Source of the DNA: a virus
Strand: one strand, 5' to 3'
Virus record (IMG/VR): IMGVR_UViG_3300009782_000011
DNA: 33,247 nt
The notes below the pieces were generated by a model. That model was not told the DNA's origin. It ran no database searches and saw only the letters and a list, made by a program, of their open reading frames with translations. The translations under genes were made by a program, and so were the position numbers. Position 1 is the stretch's first letter. Each line of letters opens with the position of its first letter. Shown here in pieces: positions 1-8,429 of the stretch.

Positions 1-123
1 TATCTAAACAATCGAATGTTCTTTTGATGACCGAAAGCCCCGTCAACTCTGACACTCTTTTCATCTCCCCAATAATGAGCCAACACGAAATCATAAGCAA
101 TCCCCTCCTCTAACATTCTCAAA
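1..123. repeat. Terminal overlap copy 1, identical to 33125..33247 (circular closure of the contig)
   Basis: Direct reading: bases 1-123 match 33125-33247 base for base. The repeat lies inside a coding sequence, so it behaves as an assembly/circularisation overlap rather than a physical genome end. Confidence 0.95.
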
Positions 124-1208
124 ATCCCTCCCCTTGTTAACTCCTCATCAAAGAACTCATCAGCGTCAATCGGTATAATCCCGAAAGGATTTTTGCTTAT
201 CGCATAACTGATTGCTCTTTCTCTCAACAGATTTTCAGCTTTTCCAAATAGCTTGAACTTATGCTCGTAGATCGTGATTGGTAAATATTTTTTTAATCTC
301 TCTAATTCCTCGATTGTTTCTTTGTTCGAGTTATCACAAACAACAACCATTTCATCAATCAAATCTCTTTTAAATAAATCTAAAATAACCCTCGACATAT
401 AGCGACCATTCTCATTGCCGACAATCATCGAGCCAATTATTCTCCTGTGGTCATTCCACTTCTTTTCATAATAGTTTTTGCCATTATAAAAGTTGGCCCT
501 CCAAAATTCCGATTGGTCATTTATACTCTTGCCCCCCCTATGTTCTGCGACTGCCTCTGATATAGCAATTTTGTAACCTCTCTTTTTAATATTTATGCAC
601 ATATCATTGTCCTCCCACATAAAGAAATAGCCCTCATCAAATCCTCCAATCATCTCAAATAATTCCCTCCTAATGCACATAATCGAGCCGTTTATTCCAA
701 AAGATACTTCGCTTTGTTTTGTTCCTACCATTCCGACCTCTTTGTCTTTAAAAGGCTCAATCAATTCCTTAAAAAATCCTTTTTCAATTTTAACATCATC
801 ATTTAAAAACAAAACAAACTCCCCGAGATTTTTATTGATACCTGCCCCCTCATTACAAGAACGAGCAAATCCTCCGACTTGCTCGCTGAAAGTTCTGACC
901 ATAATGTTCAAACTGATTTCTCCCCTCTTTTCGCAATCCCTTAATACTTTTATGCTTTTGACATTCTTTTCATCTTTTGTTGGTATAACAACATCAACAA
1001 AACCCTCTTTGTATTTTTTATCTAAAATGTTTCTGCCTTTCAACTCATCTTTCTCGACATTATCGTCAAAGACTTCCTCCAATATCTCTGTCTTTTCAAC
1101 AATGCCCTCCTCTTTTAGTTTTTCATATAACTCGCTGTCGATTGCCCTCACATCTCCCGGGACATAAGTTTCAAGGCCCTTTAAATATTTAACCAAAATC
1201 TTGGCCAT
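1..1208 (-). CDS. Two-domain family-2 glycosyltransferase, N-terminal part. The gene continues in frame at 33124..32854 once the circle is closed (492 aa total).
   Basis: Absent from the ORF track because it runs off the window edge. Manual translation from the ATG at 1208: MAKILVKYLKGLETYVPGDV... GT2 motifs: VDVVIPTKDE, FLNDDV (DxD), GGFDEGYFFMWEDND. Second GT2-like domain: MIVGNENGRYM, VVVCDNS, IPIDADEF. 1208+271 nt = 1479 nt = 493 codons, in frame with ORF 32854..33246. Confidence 0.85.
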   Translation of the reverse strand, partial: MAKILVKYLKGLETYVPGDVRAIDSELYEKLKEEGIVEKTEILEEVFDDNVEKDELKGRNILDKKYKEGFVDVVIPTKDEKNVKSIKVLRDCEKRGEISLNIMVRTFSEQVGGFARSCNEGAGINKNLGEFVLFLNDDVKIEKGFFKELIEPFKDKEVGMVGTKQSEVSFGINGSIMCIRRELFEMIGGFDEGYFFMWEDNDMCINIKKRGYKIAISEAVAEHRGGKSINDQSEFWRANFYNGKNYYEKKWNDHRRIIGSMIVGNENGRYMSRVILDLFKRDLIDEMVVVCDNSNKETIEELERLKKYLPITIYEHKFKLFGKAENLLRERAISYAISKNPFGIIPIDADEFFDEELTRGGILRMLEEGIAYDFVLAHYWGDEKSVRVDGAFGHQKNIRLFR

Positions 1209-1212
1209 ATTT

Positions 1213-1386
1213 TTATTTTTTAAAATATTCTGCAACTCCTAACTTCACAAACTTGTCTGCCTGTCTTTCATCAAAACCGGCAATCTCTCCCTTGATGTAA
1301 GGAGTAAAGCACTTTATAAATTGAACGAGGACAAAATCTTTTTTCTCCTCTTTCTTTGCAACTTCTTTGACAATTTTTTTCGCCAT
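1213..1386 (-). CDS. Small 57-aa protein downstream of the major capsid gene (MAKKIVKEVAKKEEKKDFVLVQFIKCFTPYIKGEIAGFDERQADKFVKLGVAEYFKK)
   Basis: Manual translation; below the track length cut-off. AAAATT-ATG start context like other genes. Fills the gap between the MCP and GT genes. Confidence 0.6.
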   Translation of the reverse strand: MAKKIVKEVAKKEEKKDFVLVQFIKCFTPYIKGEIAGFDERQADKFVKLGVAEYFKK

Positions 1387-1422
1387 AATTTTGAGCTTAA
1401 TTTTAAGTTAATTAGTCCACGA

Positions 1423-1446
1423 GGCCCACCTCCGAGGAGATGAGCC
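1423..1446 (-). other. GC-rich RNA hairpin 7 nt after the capsid gene stop (10-bp stem, CUCG loop). It pairs fully only in the minus-strand transcript.
   Basis: Minus strand: GGCUCAUCUC-CUCG-GAGGUGGGCC, with two G.U pairs that become A.C mismatches on the other strand. No U-tract follows. Confidence 0.6.
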
Positions 1447-1452
1447 TTAGCA

Positions 1453-2493
1453 CTATTTAACACCAGTCATTTTTTTACACGCGGCCGGTAGAGTGTAAAC
1501 TCCGTCAACGGCTTGTGCAACTACTAATTCAATTTGTAATTTGCTCAATACCTTGTCGGTGTCAACAAACATATTTTCTCCGTCCTTAATCCAGTAATAC
1601 CACATATCGCCGAAATAAATTTCAGTTGTGTCAGCACCACTTCCTAAATTTTCAGGAATGTCAGCACTTTCGACAACTGGGCGTCCGAAAACTTTTTGAT
1701 CGCGAAGGTCAAAAATTGGCACACCATTTTTGTCAACGATTGTTCTCAATGCTTTCATACCCTTTGCAGAAGTAATGAAAACTGCACCGTCCCTATATTG
1801 TTCCGGCAATAAGTAAAATAAATTTACTATATCATCGTAAGTTAGAGCTGTGCTTGCTTGTGGGATTGAACTGATTGAGGCTAATCTCAAACCAGTTGGC
1901 TTGCTATTTCCGTCACCTGCAACGAAAGCTGTTTCCTCTGTATCTCTCAATTTTCTTGCACATAATTCACCGATAAAGTTAACGATGTTATAGGCAGATG
2001 TATTGATTAACTTGCGAGGAATTAAAACTCTTGCAGCTAAATAATAATCGACTAAATCTTTCTTGCCGATTGTTGGGTTGCTTTCTGTGATAAGGTCATT
2101 CTCCCCTACCCAATAAGCAGTCACACCAGTCCCCTCAGTTGGTAACTGGAAATTTCCACTCATTGAGAAAACGAAAGCTAGTTTTCTAATTTTTGCAATC
2201 TTGTCTTTTGCTGTCAAGATAAAACTGGCCAATTCTGTTGGCACGGTATAACCGAAAGATGAGGAAGTTGAGTCAACTGCTTTTCTTTCAAGGTTGCCTG
2301 TGCATAAGTCCTTGATAAATTGAGCAGATTTTTCAACATCATCGTCCTTTGAGTCATCTTTTGCCTCGTCTTTTAAACCGGCTTTAACTTCTGACAAGAT
2401 TTCGGACTTCAAAGCAGGTATGGCCTCTTTAACAGAGTCAGCCATAATCCCCTTTAATTCGTCCATTGTAATCTCTTTTATTTCTGGGTTCAT
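1453..2493 (-). CDS. Major capsid protein, HK97 fold
   Basis: 346 aa, directly after the prohead protease. Typical HK97-family stretches: GYTVPTELASFI, LAFVFSMSGNFQLPTEGTGVTAYWVGEN, TEETAFVAGDGNSKPTGL. Confidence 0.88.
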   Translation of the reverse strand: MNPEIKEITMDELKGIMADSVKEAIPALKSEILSEVKAGLKDEAKDDSKDDDVEKSAQFIKDLCTGNLERKAVDSTSSSFGYTVPTELASFILTAKDKIAKIRKLAFVFSMSGNFQLPTEGTGVTAYWVGENDLITESNPTIGKKDLVDYYLAARVLIPRKLINTSAYNIVNFIGELCARKLRDTEETAFVAGDGNSKPTGLRLASISSIPQASTALTYDDIVNLFYLLPEQYRDGAVFITSAKGMKALRTIVDKNGVPIFDLRDQKVFGRPVVESADIPENLGSGADTTEIYFGDMWYYWIKDGENMFVDTDKVLSKLQIELVVAQAVDGVYTLPAACKKMTGVK

Positions 2494-2503
2494 AAATTTA
2501 AAG

Positions 2504-3349
2504 TTATTTTATAATTTTTAAAATGTATTGCATTGCTTTTAAATTTTGCTTTGCTACTTGCCTAATGCGAAGCGTTTTTTGGGTTGCTTTGCCCACTTCA
2601 ACATTATTCTCGACCTTTTTTAGAGCCTTTTGCTCTGTTAAATATTTTTTATATTTATAACTAATTAAACCTGCGACAACTTTCTTTTCTCCTCCCTCTC
2701 TGAAATGCAGGGTGATTTTTCCTTTTTCCGTTTTGATGAAATCAATTTTGATTTCTTTTTCCTCATCGCATTTTTCATCGCTTTCTTTTTCTCCCTCTAC
2801 TTGATCGTTGTTCTCCGGCACTTCATTCTCACAATCATCGCATTTTTTTTCTGACTTAACGCTAATCACTTCTGTGTCGGGGTTAGCACCTGCAAGAACG
2901 GGTGACCATTCGTAGAGTTTTGCCTTTTTAATCACTCGAACTCCGTCCTCTCTCCATTCGTCATCTAATACACGAAAGCCAATTGAGAATTCTGTAATCA
3001 CGCCCTCTTTTAAAAGTTTGTAAGCCTCCTCTGCTCTCTGAACTCCCTCAATAAATTTTCCTTTTATGTAAAGACCTTTGTCGTCCTCCCTTGCCTCTAA
3101 TGTCTTTGCAATCGGCTCGTCCCAATTATGCGACCAAACACCGACAGGAAGTTTCTTTGCAAGGCTTTCTGCAAAAGCACCTTTAACAATGACATCTCCA
3201 ACTAAATCAACATTGTCAAAGATTGACACATAAGCCTCAACAACTCCTTTTTCTCCGTCTGCTTTACTTTCTACTATCTTAAAGCTGACAGGCACATTCA
3301 ATCGAATGTTCATTTTTGCCTCTTGTTTTTTTTCCATATTATTCAACAT
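2504..3349 (-). CDS. Prohead (HK97-type S78) protease with an acidic/coiled C-terminal extension, possibly a scaffold. The start may be an internal Met (3337 or 3313).
   Basis: EAYVSIFDNVDLVGDVIVKGAFAESL...WSHNWDEPIAK...EFSIGF pattern. Lies between the portal and MCP genes. Confidence 0.8.
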   Translation of the reverse strand: MLNNMEKKQEAKMNIRLNVPVSFKIVESKADGEKGVVEAYVSIFDNVDLVGDVIVKGAFAESLAKKLPVGVWSHNWDEPIAKTLEAREDDKGLYIKGKFIEGVQRAEEAYKLLKEGVITEFSIGFRVLDDEWREDGVRVIKKAKLYEWSPVLAGANPDTEVISVKSEKKCDDCENEVPENNDQVEGEKESDEKCDEEKEIKIDFIKTEKGKITLHFREGGEKKVVAGLISYKYKKYLTEQKALKKVENNVEVGKATQKTLRIRQVAKQNLKAMQYILKIIK

Positions 3350-3374
3350 AGTTTTAAAATTTATTTATATTTTA

Positions 3375-3403
3375 ATTTTAGCACATTTTTGAAAATATGC
3401 CAA
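3375..3403 (-). promoter_or_regulatory. Candidate sigma70-type promoter upstream of the protease gene: TTGGCA-17-TAAAAT with TGn
   Basis: Minus strand: TTGGCA TATTTTCAAAAATGTGC TAAAAT. It overlaps the last codons of the portal gene. Confidence 0.4.
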
Positions 3404-3408
3404 ATTTT

Positions 3409-5481
3409 TTATCTCTTAAATATTGGCGTAAAGTCGCATTTACAATTTGGGTGGACTGGTATCTCTCCTTTGATTGAGTCAACATTCCAAGCGTCCTGTG
3501 CTAATTGTTCACAAACCTCACAAGAGCCGGGTGCTAAAAGCCACTTAACCTCACTAAACCCATAATAGTCATAAGTTTGTCTGTGGGCCTCTGTGACGCC
3601 TCTCGCTGTTTCTGTTCGAGCAATCATTTCTGCTCTACTCTTTGTTGCGAAGTCAAAGACATTTTCAACTCTGCTTGTTAGGTCTTTTATTCCCTCGCCT
3701 TGTTCAATTCCCTCTCTCAATGTTTTGTCAAAGGCCTCGATTGTGGTGTCTGTGATTTCTTGTGCGACTTGCTTTCCAACATCATCAAGCCACTCTCTTA
3801 AAAAATCAAGATCGCTGATAATTGGTTGGTCAACTAACTCACTCGCCTGTTTAACCCCGACCATTAAAGTTTCATACATCAAAGGGCTAATCAACTCGAA
3901 TGTTGCTGACACTTCTCCGGCAACATCAATTCCGATTTCACTTGCTAATCCCTTTTTTGATTTTTCTAACTTATCAACAAATCTTTCTTTTTGATTTTTA
4001 AAAAACTTCTTGAACTCGTCCCTCCAATGATTTTCTAAAACAACCTCCTCTGTCATTCTCTTTTTGTAAAAGGTTTCAATCTGTCCGTCAGTTAGATTTT
4101 TTTTTTGAGCCTCATCGACTAATCGGAAAGACTTGATTGTTCTGTTTTCTAATTTCTTGAAAGCCTTGTCGGTTATTCCCTTGACCATTGCTCTTGTCTT
4201 ATAGTTTCGATTGAGAATTCTTTTTTTGTAATACAATTCTTTTTTCAATGGCAATCTGCTTTCAATTGAGCGACCACTTCCAATTTTTAAAATATTATCT
4301 GCTTTTAATTCTTTACCACTCATCATTGGAATTGTGCTAAAAGGCATATAAATATAATTGCCCCCGTCGATTGCGGGTAATCCCAAACTATCTCTAATCT
4401 CGTTTGTAGTTTTCCACTTATTCCAAGAGGCCTCGTTCTCTCTGATTTCTAACTCCTCATCTGCCCTTGCGATTGGCTCGAAGTCTAACCACAAATCCTC
4501 TCCAAACTTTGGCACTAAAAACTCATTTAATTGTTCAAAGATTTCTTGTGCCATTGGTTCAAGTGTCCATTTAGCAAATTGATATTCTCCGGTCTTTGCA
4601 CTTGCAAGATTAACATCATCGAAAGTCAACAAAGATTTTGGCACTCCGAAAATAGCGGCGATTTCATCTCTGTTAAATCTACGGCCCTCCATAAACTCTA
4701 AATCACGGGGAGGAATTATGTTTGGTTTAAACTTCATACCTCCTTGTAGTATTTGGACCTTGTAAGCATTTTCATAACCACCAAACTTTGCTCTTGTTTT
4801 CTTTTCCAACCTTTTCCTTTCCTTTGAGTTGACTTCCTCCTCTGTTTCTAAAAATCCCCCCGGGACTGCACCATTTTTCAAAAGGTTGTTATTGGTTTGT
4901 ATAATATAGTCATCATTCTCGGCAGTCATTCTAATTGCCTCGATGATACCAATTCCCCTGTCGGGGTCTTTTGGATTATAATTTTTTAAAAAAATAACAT
5001 TCTCCGGAGAGAATTCTTTTTTGTATGTCCCGATTTCATAAACATAGTTTGTTATTTTTCCCTCTTTGTTTTTCTCTGCTCTAAAAAATTCCGGTCTTGC
5101 AAGGTAAATCATTTTTGGATTATTTCCATTGCTATCTCCACCCTCTAAAATCCAAGGGCTTGCACCAAGCAAATCTCTGTAAATAATACTTAATTGCAAG
5201 AAATTAAATTTTGTCATTTCGGGATTGACCTTATACAATAAATCAAGAAGTGGGTGACTTAAAATTTCAGTCACTTTGTCGCCCTTTAATTGATAAAGGT
5301 GAAAGTCAATTCCTGCAATAGCCATTGACCTCTTTGCAACGCAGGCATAAACCCAAGACTTGTAAAAATCTAAGGCGTCCCCCCTCGTTACTACATTCGC
5401 CATAATTCCCGAATTGTAGAAAAAAGACATTGGCACACTTTTTTTCTCACTCCTGTTAAATATTCTATCTAGTAATCCCAT
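3409..5481 (-). CDS. Portal protein fused to a Mu F / SPP1 gp7-like head-morphogenesis domain
   Basis: 690 aa. The N-terminal ~400 aa are portal-like by position after terL. The C-terminus carries the MuF signature AEMIARTETARGVTEAH...VKWLLAPGSCEVCEQLA...IPVHPNCKCDF. Confidence 0.8.
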   Translation of the reverse strand: MGLLDRIFNRSEKKSVPMSFFYNSGIMANVVTRGDALDFYKSWVYACVAKRSMAIAGIDFHLYQLKGDKVTEILSHPLLDLLYKVNPEMTKFNFLQLSIIYRDLLGASPWILEGGDSNGNNPKMIYLARPEFFRAEKNKEGKITNYVYEIGTYKKEFSPENVIFLKNYNPKDPDRGIGIIEAIRMTAENDDYIIQTNNNLLKNGAVPGGFLETEEEVNSKERKRLEKKTRAKFGGYENAYKVQILQGGMKFKPNIIPPRDLEFMEGRRFNRDEIAAIFGVPKSLLTFDDVNLASAKTGEYQFAKWTLEPMAQEIFEQLNEFLVPKFGEDLWLDFEPIARADEELEIRENEASWNKWKTTNEIRDSLGLPAIDGGNYIYMPFSTIPMMSGKELKADNILKIGSGRSIESRLPLKKELYYKKRILNRNYKTRAMVKGITDKAFKKLENRTIKSFRLVDEAQKKNLTDGQIETFYKKRMTEEVVLENHWRDEFKKFFKNQKERFVDKLEKSKKGLASEIGIDVAGEVSATFELISPLMYETLMVGVKQASELVDQPIISDLDFLREWLDDVGKQVAQEITDTTIEAFDKTLREGIEQGEGIKDLTSRVENVFDFATKSRAEMIARTETARGVTEAHRQTYDYYGFSEVKWLLAPGSCEVCEQLAQDAWNVDSIKGEIPVHPNCKCDFTPIFKR

Positions 5482-5510
5482 AAAATTTTAAGTTATGTTT
5501 TTATAATTAA

Positions 5511-5539
5511 ATTATAGCACTTTTTAATAAATCAAGCAA
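5511..5539 (-). promoter_or_regulatory. Candidate promoter upstream of the portal gene: TTGCTT-17-TATAAT with TGn
   Basis: Minus strand: TTGCTT GATTTATTAAAAAGTGC TATAAT, in the 62-nt terL-portal spacer. Confidence 0.45.
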
Positions 5540-5543
5540 TAAA

Positions 5544-6926
5544 CTAATCAAGGCTGATGATGTCCAACTTGACCTTGACCTTAACCTCAAAATACATTCT
5601 CATCATAACCATATCGGAGAAGTCCGGTGATCGTCCGATGTTCTCCTTGATGACATCTTTCCCAACTAAATAAATCCTGCCGTCCTTGTCGACATCTCTC
5701 TGCTTTATTTGGCCCAATTCCTCAATAAAATCGTCTTTGTCTTTACTATCGAGAAAAGCGTTTTCATCAATCCCAATCTCTCCTGCCTCTGCTAACTCTG
5801 CTAATTTAAAATAGCATTGAGTTTTTAGATTTCCATAATTGACATAGTATTCCCCTTTTTTCTGTTTCAATCTTTCGTGCCTACTTAATACTGGCGATGA
5901 GCCATTGACAAACCCAACACAGTCCAAGTTATCAACAACTCCACCACCAACTCCGTCCTCATCTAAAACACAATGCGACCTGCGAATTCCCTCTCTCTGC
6001 AAAACCCTTTCAATAAACCTCGCACTCTCTTTTGTGTCTTTTCTAATATTGTCCGGTATAACAATAACCTTTTTCAATTGTAATCCCTCCCAAACACCAA
6101 GAGGCATTTTGTCCCCACCTTTACGACTAACATCTCCCGAGAGATATTTTGTTTTATGCTTTGTTGTTTTTGTTTTAAATAAATCCTGTATAACATCGAG
6201 GTCAAACAAACAAGAGGGGTCGTCATCATATTCCCAATTGCCAAACAACAACCTCTCTTTTGTGGCCTTGTCTTTGATACCCTCTAATTGTTTGATGTAA
6301 TGCTTTGAGATGAACGGATTATCTTTTGCTAATGCTCTGATGAAAGCCTTTGAACTTTCGAGAGCCTTGTCTTTAAACGGCTTGTAAAAATAAGTGTAGA
6401 CCCAACCCTTTGTCGGATTGCAAGTCCCCAAACATTTTGGAGTTAAATCATACTTGTCCAATTTATATCTAATACGAGAGGTCAAAACTTGCCAACATCG
6501 ATAAGTAATCTGTCCAACCTCATCAACGAAAGCACCGGTCAACTCCAAAGACCCAAGCTCATCGTAATTCGGATCGCTGGGCTGATGAGCCAAGTCTTTC
6601 AACAGGACTTCGCTTTTGTTAAAAAAAACAATAACCCCGTCCTGTGAGTTATATGTAAAATGCACATCTTTTTTTATTCCCCATTTTTTACAGACCTCAA
6701 AAAAAGTTTTCAATGTTGTTTCTTTTAATCTCTTTAATTTCTTTCTGCCAATCAACCACCTTGTTTCCGGGAATGTTGTCGCCATTAAAATAATCCAACC
6801 ACAACCGAGAAAAGATTTTGCCCCACCTGCACCACCTCCAAAAATTATCTCTCTTGTGTTTTTATCAACTAACTTTTTCCAAGCTATCTGTTGCTTTTCT
6901 GTTTGTTTCCATTTAATCTCTCGCAT
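5544..6926 (-). CDS. terL: Terminase large subunit
   Basis: Walker A: FGGGAGGAKS. Walker B-like: LTGAFVDEVG. 460 aa, positioned between terS and the portal gene. Confidence 0.9.
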   Translation of the reverse strand: MREIKWKQTEKQQIAWKKLVDKNTREIIFGGGAGGAKSFLGCGWIILMATTFPETRWLIGRKKLKRLKETTLKTFFEVCKKWGIKKDVHFTYNSQDGVIVFFNKSEVLLKDLAHQPSDPNYDELGSLELTGAFVDEVGQITYRCWQVLTSRIRYKLDKYDLTPKCLGTCNPTKGWVYTYFYKPFKDKALESSKAFIRALAKDNPFISKHYIKQLEGIKDKATKERLLFGNWEYDDDPSCLFDLDVIQDLFKTKTTKHKTKYLSGDVSRKGGDKMPLGVWEGLQLKKVIVIPDNIRKDTKESARFIERVLQREGIRRSHCVLDEDGVGGGVVDNLDCVGFVNGSSPVLSRHERLKQKKGEYYVNYGNLKTQCYFKLAELAEAGEIGIDENAFLDSKDKDDFIEELGQIKQRDVDKDGRIYLVGKDVIKENIGRSPDFSDMVMMRMYFEVKVKVKLDIISLD

Positions 6927-6935
6927 ATTTTAAAT

Positions 6936-7484
6936 TTAATCATTGTCTTTTTCATCTCCGTCTTGATATTTCTCGATTATAAATTTAACAGGCTCTAAGT
7001 CATCGGCCTGCCCTATTCCAACATTCGGTCGGTATTTCTTAACTCTGTGCGACAAGTAAAAACGAATAGAATGCCCGTCATTCTGAATTATCTTTTGTTT
7101 TAGTTTGTCCTCAACGATAACATCAAAACCATTTTGCACCTCCTCAACCTTTTGAGCAAAGTCGCTGTCCTCTTTAAACCATTTGTAAAAAGTGGAGTTA
7201 TCAATCCCAACCTTAGCAATTGCATTAGTGACTATTCCAAAAGTCTTTCCCAATTCTTTCAAAACTCTTTCCTTGTCCCTTTCTATTCTCAAAGCAACCG
7301 ATGAAATATCTCTGCCCCAACTATCAACCTTTATAGGAGTATTGGATTTGTTGGATTTGTTTTTATTTTTTTCTTTCCTTTCCTTTGCTACCTCAACATT
7401 AAACTTTAATTTTTTAGGCTTATTGCTAACCCCCTCAATCTTAAATTTCATCTTTTCTGTTTTAAGTTGTTTTTTTCTTTCCAT
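6936..7484 (-). CDS. terS: Terminase small subunit (HTH). The alternative start at 7451 would remove the overlap with the upstream ORF.
   Basis: Immediately upstream of terL. HTH-like stretch: GIVTNAIAKVGIDNSTFYKWFKEDSDFAQKVEE. Confidence 0.7.
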   Translation of the reverse strand: MERKKQLKTEKMKFKIEGVSNKPKKLKFNVEVAKERKEKNKNKSNKSNTPIKVDSWGRDISSVALRIERDKERVLKELGKTFGIVTNAIAKVGIDNSTFYKWFKEDSDFAQKVEEVQNGFDVIVEDKLKQKIIQNDGHSIRFYLSHRVKKYRPNVGIGQADDLEPVKFIIEKYQDGDEKDND

Positions 7485-7671
7485 ATTTAAAAATGTTAAA
7501 AAATCCTATAAAGAAATTTATGATCGTTGTTATAACCAACGCTTGGAGTAAGCTGATGTCTATTCCTACCCAACCAACAATCATCTTTCCAAAGTATGCC
7601 TCTAACCAATAAAGACAGGCTGTGAAAATTATTGCTGTAATCCAAATTTTTGTTTTATTTACTTTTTGCAT
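7462..7671 (-). CDS. Small membrane protein (2 predicted TM helices)
   Basis: 69 aa with hydrophobic stretches IWITAIIFTACLYWL and LVITTIINFFIGFF. Confidence 0.5.
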   Translation of the reverse strand: MQKVNKTKIWITAIIFTACLYWLEAYFGKMIVGWVGIDISLLQALVITTIINFFIGFFNIFKYGKKKTT

Positions 7672-7675
7672 AGTT

Positions 7676-7912
7676 TTAATATTTAGGTATATATCGATTG
7701 TGCTTTTTTAAAAACTCATCTGCTAACTGGTCGAGGCTTTTCATCTCTTTCGTGGAGTCCATATTTTCCAATATCTGCCTTGCTCTCCTCTCCCGACACA
7801 TAAACCCACACTCATCGCATTTTAGAACTCCTTGCCCCTCATAGCCTCCGGCAGTCCTTAAACGAGAACTGCAAGTCGGACATTTATTTTCTTTTAGATT
7901 TTCCCACTTCAT
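7676..7912 (-). CDS. Zinc-ribbon protein. The start is taken at the internal Met; the ORF extends to 8017.
   Basis: CPTC...CDEC motif. The longer ORF would overlap the AP2-HNH gene by 134 nt. Confidence 0.5.
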   Translation of the reverse strand: MKWENLKENKCPTCSSRLRTAGGYEGQGVLKCDECGFMCRERRARQILENMDSTKEMKSLDQLADEFLKKHNRYIPKY

Positions 7913-8429
7913 TTTGGTATGCGAACTCTCCATATAGTTCTTTTGCTTTTTTATTGTAGAATAATGCTGCCTCTCTTTCTGTTTCAAAACTCTTTCTATA
8001 AGAAACCCTTTTTCCATCTTTATCTCTTTTTGTTATCATTCCTCGCCAAGGCTTTATTTTTGACCCCCTAACAGATAACGAAACCCCCTTATAGATTGAT
8101 GTTTTATTTTCAGCTTTTGTTGATGAATGCCTGAATAAACTATGTGTTGCATAAATTAAATTTATTTTCCTGAAATCAAGCCAGTCTTTATTTAGATGTA
8201 AAATAATTCTATTTATTTTATAAGGTAAAATATTATATTCTAATGCTAAATCAACAGGTTTCCCATTGTCAGTTATTCTCCTAACAACACTAACGATTTC
8301 TTTGCTATACCGATTTTGTATTCCAATTCTCCACTTAAACCGAGAAAGAACAAGATAATCCTCATCATCTACTATCGCAAACTTTCCTTGTGCCAATTTA
8401 ATTTTTTTCATATACCTCTGATTGGACAA
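7884..8429 (-). CDS. HNH homing-type endonuclease with a C-terminal AP2 DNA-binding domain
   Basis: GKFAIVDDEDYLVLSRFKWR N-terminus, LHLNKDWLDFRKINL (HNH-like), YKGVS...KPWRGMI...FETEREAALFYNKKAKELYGEFA (AP2). Confidence 0.75.
   Translation of the reverse strand: MSNQRYMKKIKLAQGKFAIVDDEDYLVLSRFKWRIGIQNRYSKEIVSVVRRITDNGKPVDLALEYNILPYKINRIILHLNKDWLDFRKINLIYATHSLFRHSSTKAENKTSIYKGVSLSVRGSKIKPWRGMITKRDKDGKRVSYRKSFETEREAALFYNKKAKELYGEFAYQNEVGKSKRK

Noticed and set aside
673-1167. Plus-strand ORFs throughout the track (for example 673-1167, 3593-3994, 5905-6300, 6616-6933, 7192-7551, 10798-11151, 12724-13071, 23198-23527, 26551-27051).
   Set aside because: Each lies entirely antisense to a longer minus-strand gene with recognisable domains. 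Their translations are low-complexity and Ser/Leu/Phe-rich, as expected for shadows of AT-rich genes. No start-context motif or promoter supports them.
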